DNA of 64,000 bases. Source: Azolla caroliniana (Eukaryota > Plantae > Polypodiophyta). The translations under genes and the position numbers were made by a program. Each line of letters opens with the position of its first letter. Within the stretch, counting starts at the first letter, position 1. The DNA is taken from assembly GCA_043228905.1 (NCBI GenBank), contig JBHGNT010000012.1, forward strand, positions 1,178,001 to 1,242,000, given 5' to 3'. Of this stretch, positions 13,031 to 25,634 are shown piece by piece. The notes under the pieces were generated by a model. That model saw only the letters and a program-made list of their open reading frames with translations, did no database searches and was not told where the DNA came from.

Positions 13031-16000
13031 TAACTCTCTCCTATAGTGATTCTATTCGGAGTTGGTGAACTCACGTGATTTACCTCTCGAGGTTTTCCAC
13101 GTAAACATTCTGTGTCATCTTGTTGTCTTGCACAAGTGCATTGGTCCTTTTATGTTAATCATTCATTACTATTTTGAAAACTCGGTTGTGGCCAAGTACG
13201 ATTCTTATCAATTTGGTATTAGAGCGAAGTTCTAAGATTCAAACAATGGAATTTTCATTTTGTGGCATGTTCAAGCTCACCGGCTCCAACTACCCAGTGT
13301 GGAAGTCGAAGATGAGGGACATGCTAGTGGTCAAAGATCTCTGGCTGCCGGTACAATTTGGAGATAAAAGACCGGAGAAGATCCATGCTGCGGCCTGGGA
13401 GGTAATGCATCTGAAGACGATGGAATACAATTGTTGCTTCATCAACATGAGCTTGTACAACAACCTCAATGAAAAGAACAAGGCTCATGAACTCTAGGAG
13501 AACATTGACACTATCTTGGAGAATAAGAATGTTGTGAATCGAGTCTCTATATTTCGAAAAATAGTGAGACTTAGATATCAGGACGACCCTAGTATGATGG
13601 AGCATATGAATGCCTTCCAGGGGCTAATAAACCAGACTACCTCGCTCGAAGTACCGTTAGCTGACGAGGTACTGGCATTGTTACTACGTGGATCCCTTTT
13701 AGATAGCTGATAGACACTACTTACGTTGGGAAACGCCAAACCGGAAGGGAAGAACTTGTCCCTAGCGAGAGTAAAGTTGAGCTTGTTGAATGAGGAAGCT
13801 CGTCGGAAGGATTGGGAGTCTGGAACTGACCCGAAGGCCTTAGTTACCGAAAACGACTCCAATCGGGGAAGAGGCCGGAATAGAAGTCCTCTGAACCGGG
13901 AGAAGTCAGGAACGAGGTGGAAGTTGAGGGGGAAGCCTACTTGTTTCTACTGTGGGAAATCGGGGCATTTGCAAAAGAAATGTTGACACTTCCGGAAAGC
14001 AAAAGGGGGAGCCGACGACTTCGAACCGAAGAAGATTTCCGAGAGGAAAGGAACATCGATAAGCAAAGAGGAACTACTGCTAATCACCGAGGAGAGTGAG
14101 TTGCACCTTGTCAGCGATGAATCAACATGGGTGGTCAACTCCGGAGCGTCATTCCATCTGACTCCGGTGCAAGCTATTGTTGAAAGATGTTTGACATCTT
14201 TCGGAGGTTCGACTGAACCTGATCTCATGAAGGCTACACGGGTAGTATCCGGAACGACACCATGACGTTTTGCAGAGGAAGCCTGATTATGGCCCAAGCC
14301 CGGAAGATCAATAGATTGTACTTGATGCATGCTTAGATATGCCGGGAGGAAGTGAAGATAGCATTCGATACTGCTGGTGAGTTGTGGCACAAGAGGTTGT
14401 GTCACAAGAGCCAGAAGGGGATGTGGAGACTTGCCGAAGACAACCTCATTTTGGAGGTGAAAAATACGCAACTGGAGAGGTGCATCGATTGTTTGGCCAG
14501 GAAGCAAAACCGAACCTCTTTCCGGAGGGGACCACCAATGAGACGGATGACACTGCTTGAACTCGTGCATACCGATGTATACTCCGTGGACACAAAGTCA
14601 CATGCTGGATCACAACACTTTGTGACGTTTATAGATTACCACAACCGGAAGTTGTGGATCTCCATGCTGAAGACGAAGGACCGGGTATTGTCCATCTTCA
14701 AGGAGTTCCATGCAAGAGTAGAAAGAGAAACCGACATGAAGGTGAAAGCAGTCCAAGCGGACAATGGAGGCGAATACGAGGGGCAGTTCGAGGAGTACTA
14801 CCGGTCGAAGGGAATCTAGCTCAAGTACACTGTGCCGAAGATGCTAGAGCTTAACGGGCTAACCGAGAGAATGAACCATACCATAATGGAAAGAGTCTGG
14901 AGTATGCTTGCACATGCCAATTTGTCCAAGACGTTCTGGGCTGAGGTGCTAATGATAACGATGTATGTGATAAACAGATCACCCTCAACACCCTTGGACG
15001 GAGACATACCACAGAGAGTAAGGACTGACAAAGATGTTTCTTACCGGCATCTAAAAGTGTTTGGCTGTCTTGCTTACATGCATGTCGCAAAGGACAAACA
15101 GGGAAAACTAGACCCGAAAACTCGGCCATGCATATTCCTTGGGTATGGTGATGATGAGTTCGGTTACCGGCTATGGAACCTCGCAGAAAAGAAAGTGATC
15201 CAGGGTAGGGACATAGTCTTCATGGAAGATAAGACCATTACCGACTAGGAATCAGAGAAGAAGATAGCCCCCTCCGGGCCGACCGATAGAGATCGGTTGG
15301 AAGATACAAGGATCCATCTGGTCAGAAGTTGGATGTCAGCCGAAGACCATAGTGAACCGGCCGAACTCGGACAAAGAACCGAACCGACCGAAGAAGGATC
15401 GATGCCGGAACCAGACAAGACCCCAAATCAGATTCGGATGAAGAATCGACTGAAGAACCGGTGGTCGAAAATCAAGGACGGAAATATCCTTTAAGAGAAA
15501 GAAGAGCCCCCCGGAGATTTCTGGATGAAGAACATGTATTGTTGACCGACGAGGAGAGTCAGAGAGTTTCAAAGAAGCAAAGAAAGACACTCACAACCGC
15601 AAGTGGTTAAGTGTCATGCAATATGAGATGGATTCCTTGCATGAGAACCAAACATATGAATTGACGGAGTTGCGAAAGGAAAGCGTTTGCTCCATAACAA
15701 GTGGGTATACAAGTTGAAACCGGGAGACGCCAGAAATCCACCGAGGTACAAAGCCTGCATTGTGGTGAAGGGCTTCTAATAGAAGAAATGAGAGGATTTT
15801 GACGAGGTCTTTGCCCCGATAGTGAAGATGACATCCATCTAGACGGTGTTGAGCATAGCAGCAAGCATGGATCTCGAGGTCGAGCAACTAGATGTCAAGA
15901 TGACGTTCCTGCACGATGACCTTGAAGAGGACATCTATATGCAACAACCGGAAGGATTCATCAAGAAAGGGAAGGAGAACCTGGTGTGCTTGTTGAAGAA

Positions 16001-18162
16001 GAGCTTATACGGATTGAAGCAAGCTCCACGAAAATGGTACTGGAAGTTTGTCTCCTTTATGACCGAGTCGTTTACGTACCCGTATTTAACGTTTAAATAT
16101 GTATAGTACCTCATCATTTGTATAGTACGTACTATACCTCAATGTTGTTCAATCAAATATCATGTACATTTGTCCAATACAATATTTAACGTATTTATAA
16201 AAAAACAGGTATAATACGTATTTATAAAGAAAATGTAAGTAAAACCCTAACAAAAAGTAAACGAAAAAAAAGATTTTAGTGAAAAAGAAGCCAATGGAAG
16301 GAAGAAAGAAGAATAGAAGAGACGATGATGAAGAAGATGAAGAAGAAGAAGAAGAAGAAGAAGAAGAAGAAGAGAGAAAAGAAGACATAAACTTGTCCTG
16401 AGTGTGATAATCGCAGAAGATAGAAGAAGAAGAAGAAGAAAACGAAGAAAAGAGAAACCTATCATGAGTGTGATAATTGTGGACGATTCCTCAATCTATG
16501 AAGGCATAATTATAAATAATTACAATTTGAAGTAGAACATCATGATACACACTTACACTGATTTATAGAATAAGGGAATGTCGACATCCATATTACTACA
16601 AGTATTTTAGGATGTGAAATGTTCAAATGTTTTATATGCATTTTAGGATGTAGAACTATATTGTACATCACAAAATTGTGTAAACATAGATGTTTTTTAC
16701 AATATTATAGATATTTTTTAGAAAGGTAAATAATTTTCAAATTCTAGAAGTATTTAACGTACTATACATAAAATACGTATTTTATAAGTATTTAACATAT
16801 TAAGAAAACGTATTTAACGTATTTTTAAATTGGGAGGTACTATACGGGTATTAATACGTTAAATACGTATGGTATCCATACCATACCGAACGTACCAGAC
16901 AACCTTGTGACCGACCAAGGATACCACAAGATGCAGGCCGACCACTACTTGTTCGTGAAGAAGTTCGACAAAGGAGACTTCCTAATACTCTTGCTGTATG
17001 TGGACGACATGTTGATCGTCGGATGAGACTGCATCAAAATCGGGATGTTGAAGAAGGCCCTGAACCGGTCCTTCTCAATGAAAGATTTGGGTCCAGTGAG
17101 ACAGATATTGGGGATGCACATAGTCCGAGATCGGACGAAGAAGCTATTGTGGCTGTCACAGGAGAAGTATGTGATGAAGGTGCTCCAAAGGTTCAACATG
17201 GCGGATGCGAAGCCGGTTGGGTCGACACTTCCGGCAAACTGCAAGTTGTCTGGAAAGCAAAGTTCAAAAACAAAGACGAAGAAAGCTCAGATGATGAAGG
17301 TAGCTTATGCCTCAACAGTCGGAAGCTTGATGTACGCAATGGTGTGTACCCAATCAGACATTGAATATGCAGTTGGAGTGGTCAGCCGGTTCATGAGCAA
17401 TTCGAGAAGAGAACATTGGGTGGCCGTCAAGAGGATACTCCGAAAAGGCACCTCGAGTGCGTGCCTCCGATTCGGTTAAGGTAAACCCCTATTGGAAGGC
17501 TTTATAGATTTAGACATGTCGGCTGATGTAGATACCAACCAATCCACATCTGGATACGACATTACTTATGCCGGGGGAGCTGTATCGTGGCAATCAAGGT
17601 TGCAGAAGTCCGTGGCATTGTCGACAACGAAAGCAGAGTACATGGCGGCAGTAGAAGCCAGTAAGGAAGTCATTTGGATGAAGGATTTCATTGGAGAGTT
17701 AGGGATCTGGTAGGAGGAATTTCGGCTCTACTATGACAATCAAAGTGCCATCCACCTTGCGAAGAACACTGCCTATCACTCTGGGACCAAGCACAACCAA
17801 AGGAGATATCACTGGCTCTAGGAGAAGGTAGAAGACAAAGATTTTTCGTTGACGAGGATTCACATAGAGGAGAACAGGTTGGACATGCTGACCAAGGTGT
17901 TGTCAACTAACAAGCTGGATGCGTGTCGGAGACGGATCAGGTTGACAAGAAATCCCATGCCGGAGGGAAGGGGGAGTTTGTTGGGAAACCGGTCCCTCCA
18001 GATGGGATCGGATGGATCCGGTGTGAATCGGAAGTGGGGACATACTAGTAAATATGTTTAGATGTGATTGTTGAGGTCACATTTGTAAATAGTCCTACAA
18101 TTATATATGTATAAATATAACTAGGGCAATTGTAAGTTTGTTGTTGTAATTATTTCTTGTGT

Positions 18163-18228
<66 letters not shown>

Positions 18229-18471
18229 TTTTGTTGTAACCGTCGGTTGACACAGAGCTCAAGGTCGTTGCCCCTGAGTCTCGCATTGTAGTAACTCTCG
18301 CCTATAGTGATTCTATTAAGAGTTGGTGAACTCCCGTGGTTTTGCCTCTCGAGGTTTAACACGTAAACATTCTGTGTCATCTTGTTGTCTTGCACAAGTG
18401 CATTGGTCCTTTTCTTTTATCTTCCATTAGTATTTTGAAAACTCGGTTGTGGCCGAGTACGATTCTTATCA
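13031..18471 (+). mobile_element. Degenerate Ty1/Copia LTR retrotransposon with truncated 5' LTR
   Basis: Partial 5' LTR 13031-13210, PBS TGGTATTAGAGC. Fragmented gag (CFYCGKSGHLQKKC), protease (WVVNSGASFH), integrase (ELVHTDV, ADNGGEY, ERMNHT), RT (QLDVKMTFLH, YVDDML) and RNaseH (ALSTTKAEY). PPT, then 3' LTR 17979-18471 (TG...CA) containing (GA)n. Confidence 0.93.
16067..16907. mobile_element. Non-autonomous DNA transposon (MITE/hAT-like) inserted in the Copia RT
   Basis: Interrupts SFMT|DQGYHK. TGACCGA is duplicated at 16060-16066 and 16908-16914. Subterminal inverted motifs CGTATTTAACGT...GTATAGTACCTC / GAGGTACTATAC...ACGTTAAATACG; AT-rich, non-coding, internal (GAA)n. Confidence 0.75.
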
Positions 18472-19458
18472 GATATGATATAAATAAATAGATATATGCT
18501 TGAATTAAAGATTAGCGACTAGTAAAACAGGATTATGGCGACATGTAAGTAGTATTATGATTTGGTATATTTTGAAGGTATCTCAAAATGTGATAGAAAG
18601 GCATTCTCAAACAATGAAGGTATATTTTATAAGCGGGGTTGTGATAAGGTGGAGTGGGTTTACTCCATATTGAAATATTTATCGAAGCTAATAGCTAGAA
18701 CTTTAAAAAAATCAAGGTAGGTAAAATATATGTAAAGAAATTTCGTGTTTAGACTCTGGCATCTCCGTAGTACTAATGTAATATCTTTCCATGAAAAAAA
18801 ACTATTGTATCTATTTGATTGTCTCTCTTGTGCAAGAATCCCATAGTTTCTGTGCGCATGTATAATTCCTAAGCATTAGCCAATATACCATACCAACTAG
18901 GTCTTACCCTTTAGTATTATGGTTCTTAGCCATGCAAATCATGTTCATATTTACAAACATCTTTTCCTAGGTTGGCGAATACAATTTTTGGTCTACGGGA
19001 CATTCCAATGTGGAGCACCTAGCATACACATACTCATGCCAACCAAACTGTTTGCTTTCCCATTGAATAAACAAGATTGGGTTGCAAGTTTTGCATACGT
19101 CATTATGGCAATTCTTTCAATCTTGTATATGGTGTATGTCTTTACCCTAATGTCTCGTAACTCGCTAAGCCTTTCCCATGATTGACATACTAGAGCGTTT
19201 GTTAATATGAGTCAATATGAGTCAATATAGAAAAACAAATGCGCAAAGAAACCCTTGAAAACTCTCTTAACAACTAAATCTTACTTTGAATTCCTCACGC
19301 AAACTTGATATTATATCTTGATTTGAGAAGAAAGAAATACAAAAGAATATGATAGAATAAACTACTGTGGAATAGCTACAAGTAGTGTGAACTTCTAAAA
19401 TGGGTTTTATTGACACTTGGCAAATCCTTGGCATGCAATTAGATGAGTCGATATTGCC

Positions 19459-19504
<46 letters not shown>

Positions 19505-19695
19505 AATACCGGATTAGAGGAATTACAAGTAGAAGATGCATCTACACCACTCTAGCATATTCACGCTATGAACTAATTAATAAACTTAAATAAGTGGTCT
19601 GCAGGTTCAACCCCAACTAAATACTAGGGAGCAATTTTTATTAGTGAAGTACGAGGAAGATTATGAAACAATAAGAAATTAAGGACAATTCGACA

Positions 19696-20415
19696 ATGAG
19701 AACTTCAGACTCTCCTTCAAGTCGCACCCCTTTCCTCTTCCCATCTCGCCAGACTGTCGATGATGACATCGCCATGGAATATCTTGGAACACTTGTTGTC
19801 TACTTCGCGCTCTACGGCTTCCTCTTCCTTGTCGTGGGTGTGTTGGCGATAGTACTACCCATTGTTTTCTCATCCATCTCGGTGCAACAAATGGTGGCTT
19901 GGATGCTTATTGTGGGGGCATTTGTGTCTCTCCTCCACTTCTTCCTTGTGTTGGGATCCCCTGGCACCACCTCTTTCCTCCTCCTCGGGGCCTTGCACTT
20001 GGCTTGTGGAATATGGCTCTTGGTTCAAGCAAGAATGAGACGAGGCATAGCCTTTGTGTGGCTCATGTTGGGGTGGTTCATCATCCATGTATACATATAA
20101 ACCTCTCTCTCTCTCTCTAATATTGTTGTCTTTAGTACTTTTTGTACTATATTGCAATTTATTTATTTGATATCTTTCTATATTGTTTAGGGTCTCCTCA
20201 AGCTTGTGATGGGCTATGATGTTCGTAGTCTAAAGTCATGGCCGGCCATGGTTGTATCTGGGGCCTTCGCTATCATTTTAGGAATCCTCGTTATGGCACT
20301 CACTCCTGCCTATGGCTTTGTTGTTCTTGGTATAATGTTTGGAGTGGACTTGGTTGTCACAGGTCTCGCGTTTCTTCTCATTTCCTTGGCGGCTTATCAA
20401 GGTATAAACTCTTAA
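19696..20415 (+). CDS. HdeD/DUF308-like six-TM membrane protein, 2 exons (19696-20088, 20191-20415), 205 aa
   Basis: GT-AG phase-0 intron 20089-20190 joins ...GWFIIH|GLLKLVMGY. Two repeated 3-helix halves (GFLFLVVGVLAIVLP...; WPAMVVSGAFAIILGILVMALTP...VLGIMFGVDLVVTG) fit the HdeD pattern. Confidence 0.75.
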
Positions 20416-20807
20416 TAATGTCGTATGTAATTATTTAATTATTTTTATAATTTTTTGTGAAGCTTTGGCTGTGACTTTGGGCTATGTTCTACCTAAATGT
20501 TTTGTTGTGGTAATGTTATCTAATGGTTTTTTTCTATGAATAGTAATACACACCTTGGTGTGCTATTTAGAAGAGATTCTTGATTACTAAATTTGATTCT
20601 TTCACTTGCATGTAATTTTGTATAGAGTCCGGAAGTATTTCTACTAGGAGGGAACCTCTAATTGAGCACTAGAATTGGATTGAGCAAAGGAGATGTCAAC
20701 TTGATGAAGACTTGTTTGGAAAGCAATTTGTGGATAGTAGTAGCACACTGGGTTTGACTACGTGTTGAGTGAACAAAACAAATTGGGAATTTGCCTTGTA
20801 AACAAGG

Positions 20808-20965
20808 AAAGTGACTTGATTGTAAATAATGGTGTTATATAGTTCATGTAAAACATCAATGCTTTGATATTTGGACAAATTGTGAACCTTGAGAACACGA
20901 AAAGTGACTAAATTGTAAATAATGGTGTTATATAATTTATGCAAGACATCAATTCTTGATATTTA
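20808..20965. repeat. Imperfect direct duplication, ~93-bp period
   Basis: AAAGTGACT...ATTGTAAATAATGGTGTTATATA...ACATCAAT occurs twice. Confidence 0.7.
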
Positions 20966-23900
20966 TATATTGATGGTATTCACAAATGTACAAACCATTG
21001 TGCTACTTAAGAGTATCTAAATGGGTAGTACTTACATATGTACAAGGGTGTCCATTGTACATACTCATGCATATACATAGGTACATTGACCCTTAAAGTA
21101 TAACAAAAGTAGATACACAATACTTTGTACCGTAGTTTTCCATGGACTTGAGTGGGCTTTTAGAATTAGAGTGATTGAAACTTGTAATGTGAATATAAAA
21201 TGCTTCATACCACTCTCAATGGAATGGACAAGTGGTTTCTAAATATTAAACCAACAAATCTTGTACAAAGTCGTACTCTTGACTCCCATTGTGATCGAGG
21301 CGTGTAATAGGAAGCCCTAAATGTTGGCAATCTTTCACATTCTTGGGCTTGGATTTAAAAAAATAAATTTTTTTGACTTAATTTAATTTTATCCTTATTT
21401 CCCATCTCCCATAGATTTGGTTTTCTTTAATGTTTTGTGACTTACAACATTAGTCTTAAATCTTGTATGTTCTCCATTGGTTTGTTTTTGTTTTTGAAAG
21501 GAATGGACTATGCTCTAGGAAGCAAGCTTGGGTTGAAATGCACTACATTCTTGAAAGTTGAAGGGTTACTTGAGCACTAATTAAATTGTATAATTGTAGT
21601 AGAATCAAACGGAAGATATATGGGGTTCTTAATGTACTAATAATTATAAATGTCTTTTATAAAACCTAATAGAAGTGAAATTGATGATAGCAAGATGTAT
21701 GGTGGAAGTTCCAAAAGTTGTTATAAACCACAATTTATTTAAATCAAGGAATTCACAAATTACTTTTTGTAGTGTACTCATGCAAAACTAATATTTTCAT
21801 TTTTTAAATTTTTTTTTTTTCCAAAAGAGAATATACTCCATTAGTTAAAATATACATGAACACGATCCCTTTCTCAGGTAGGCCGTGCCAAGATTATCCT
21901 ACCCTACATACGAGATCTCACTTATTTATCTTACACTTTTACATATGACTCAAGCCATCCTTTCAGATACATCACCTACCTTCACTATCCCACTTGCCAT
22001 GTCTTTCACGCCCCTCGTTCAACTAATGGGAGGGGGAAACAACCATCTGGGTACATCATACTTCCATAGTATATCCATTCCATTTGCTGCGGCCATCGGT
22101 GTCGTACACCATCTTTTTCGAAAATTCAGCCTCATTAGGTCTGCAACATCATTAGTACCATTAATCCGCTCATATTGAGCTCTTAGTGTAGTTATGAGTG
22201 TGTGTCAAATTAGCTTAATCGATTCAGCTGGAGGGCGTTTGTGTGCGGAAAATACCCTGGTACACCTTGCTGTCCATATATGCCATATAGTAATGGGGGC
22301 AAGCAACATCCAAAGATCTTCAAGTTTTTGATTCTGTACACAAGTTGTAGGTACCCCGTTGTCAGTGATCAACCGAACAATGCCATTCTCCCCTCTGTAC
22401 TTAGCATTGCATGTGCTATCGTATGTCGCCACATCAACGTCAAGACACATCCAACAAGCATGTCCCCAGTTGAGGGTGAACGAACTAGAGGCATGGCAAA
22501 GCAAACGAAGTGCCCTTCCCCATAGCCATTGCATCGCGACATTCCCATAGACAATGGGAGATGCTTTCTATCTGTCCACATGCAGTACATCTAGGGTCTA
22601 CATTGGGGCCTTTACCCCACTTCCCTACCGGCAAGGCTCTATGTGCAATAAGCCATAAACACATCATTATCTTGCGGTCATATTTGTCATGCCATATCAT
22701 TTTCCAGAATTGATCTAGTCTCCTTTCACTTATGCCCTCCTGCATCCAAAATTTCCTTGCCGCAACCTTGTCATGTTTTTGTTCTAGAAGAATTTGCCTC
22801 CCAATCTTCGTGTTATACCTGAAAAATTGAACCAGCTTTTCCCCATCAGTTTGTCCTTGAGTTCTCCAAAAATACCTAGCTGGGTCCCATGATAACTGAT
22901 CCAAATGCCCTTCTATAGGCCAACACACTGTCGCCGATGTGATCTCCCTTGGCTTAGGGTCAATAATCATATTCTTGCCAGTTTTTACGATCAGCCTAAT
23001 CGGCTTTTCTCTTTGAAAGACTGGTTGCTCACCTCTTGCCCTTCCGTGCTCTAGTTTGTAGTAGCATACCTCGTTCGATTCTACTTTCATTCCCTTAATG
23101 CCAATTAAACAGTTTTCAGCATCTATAAGACCCGTCCACGCAATTTCAGAGGTTGTTACTTCTTCCTCTTCCAAGGTATTCTTGTAGCATGCAATGACAT
23201 CTGTAATTCTCTTGAGCATGCCTTTACCCCTGCTTATTCTCCATATTCTAGCCTTTTGAGTGCCCACCTCATTGGACAAAAACCTCTCCCACTCCACTAA
23301 TGCATTCCCTTGGGCATTGATTAACTCAGCCCATTTGAAACCTGTTTTTTGGCCTATCATCAGCCCATCCACATCTCTAATCAATGGGTTCCACACAATT
23401 GGCATGTATATCCGCGCATATGCATCATTTCTCCACCTACATATGATCCCCTTTCTGATTTCTTGCCATGCTTTCATAATTCCGATAGCACAAAGACTCT
23501 GCATACTTCCCCAATATTTGGGCCTCATTTCTAGCACAAAGCCCCAAAATGGGGTGCTAGGCCAACATCCACCTTGTCTTGGCAGCCACATCTTCCATCT
23601 ACGCCGCCATAGAACTTTCCAAGGTGCCTCAGGAGGTTGTAGGCTCCGGACCACTAGTTTGCCTAGCAAGGCCTTCGTTTGCATCACGGGATCTATCAAT
23701 CCCACCCCTCCTTCACTTTTCCTTTTTATAAGTGTGGTCCAAGCAATCTTTGCAACGACTTGTTTTTCCTCTGTGCCCCCCCATAAGAAATTTCTAATGA
23801 TCATTTTTATCAATTTCATCGACTTGGGCACGATTATCCAGCATGCAGCAGTGTGCCATATAGTGGCCATTAGAATCTAATTTGCAATCACAATCTTTCC

Positions 23901-25634
23901 CGCAAAGGATAGTTTTCTTGCATTCCACCATATTAGCTTCATTTTTATTTTATCCACTAGTAGATTGTAGTGTTCTGCCCGATCAATGTCCATACCAATT
24001 TTGAAGCCCAAGTATCTAGTAGCTTCTCCTTTCCTCAACCATCTAAAATTGGGGTCGGGGACCCAGTTTAACATGGGTTTATTATTGATCCAAATGCCCA
24101 CAGATTTATTCCAATTTATTTTAGCATCGGATCCCCTACAAAACTCATCAATTGCATTTTGCAATCTGCCCAAGTTGTGTGCATCACCTTTGACATAGGT
24201 CATTGTGTCATCAACATATGCCGTATCAAGCACCATAACTTCAACATCGGGTAAGGTAAGGCCTTGTATTTGCCAAGATCTATCAGCAATTTGATAATGC
24301 AAAGCTTCTGCTGCAATTATGTATAAATACGGGGCTAATGGGCATCCTTGGCGTACCGAACATAGCATCTTAAAGCTCTTCCCCATACTTCCAGCCATTA
24401 ACACTTGGCTGGATGCACCTCTGTAGAAGGCACCCATTCCACGGATCCATTGTTGTTCAAAACCTAGGGCTGCCATCACTGCTTCTAGGAAATCCCATGA
24501 AATCCTATCAAATGCTTTTTCGAAGTCAAGTAGCATTACTGCTAGGTTCACTTCTTGCTCCTTAGCCCATGCTGAGTATTCCCAGAATGCTATCACATTG
24601 TCCACAATACTCCGGTTTTCCAAGAAACCAGTTTGCGTTGTATGTATAATGTCCCCAAGTACCATTTTCAATCTCTTACTTACGACTTTGGCCATTATCT
24701 TATATGCATTGGTGAGGATCGTCAGTGGTCGCCAATTATCAAGAGTTGCTAGGTCTTTACCAGCCTTGGGTATTAAATAAATCATGCCTCTACACATTGT
24801 TGTGGGCATTAGTCCTTCTACCATAATGTGTTGCATCCCTGCCAACATATCATCCTTAATTAGATCCCAATACTGGATGTAAAAAAGTATAGAGGAAGTC
24901 CATCAATTCCTGCACAACTTTGTTTGTTCATATCCCCAATAGCATCCCACAATTCATGCATACCTATAGGGGTATTTAGTTGGTCCATCATTTGAGCCGT
25001 AACTTTCCTTGGTATCCTCTTTATTATATTTCTAAAGGCAACCTGATGAATCAGATCCTTATTGCATACATTTAGTAGTTGAGTATAATAGCTTGTGGCT
25101 ATTTCAAGCATTTCCTCTTTGCATGAGGTCATTGTGCCATCTGTCTTTTTTAAGCATGAAGGTTGAAACCCAGATCCTTTGCATTTAACACCTTTAAAAA
25201 AACCTTTAGTAACCCGATCTCCTACCCTCATCCAGCTTGCTGCCCTACTTCGATAGGCATAGGTACTCCTAAGTTTTTGGTACCTCTCTAATTTGCTTTT
25301 GGCCTCCTCAAGTTGCGCCTCAATCCATACATTATGTGGGTATAATTCTCTTAGTCGTTGCATAGAAGCAAGTGACCATTGCATTCTCTGCATTTTCTCT
25401 CTTATCTCTTTTCTAATTTCAATCGTTTTTTGTTGAAAAAACCCTGCACATGCCTCAAGTTTCCCAGCCAGCCTATGAGCAGGGTCAAAGTACCTCCATC
25501 TGATATCATACCATATTTTCCGTATATCATCGGTCCATTTAGTATCCATAACCAATTCCTTACACACCTTCACATTATGTGGCTTGTAGCGATTGTTTTC
25601 TTGTATGTGTAACAGAACTGGGGCATGATCAGAG

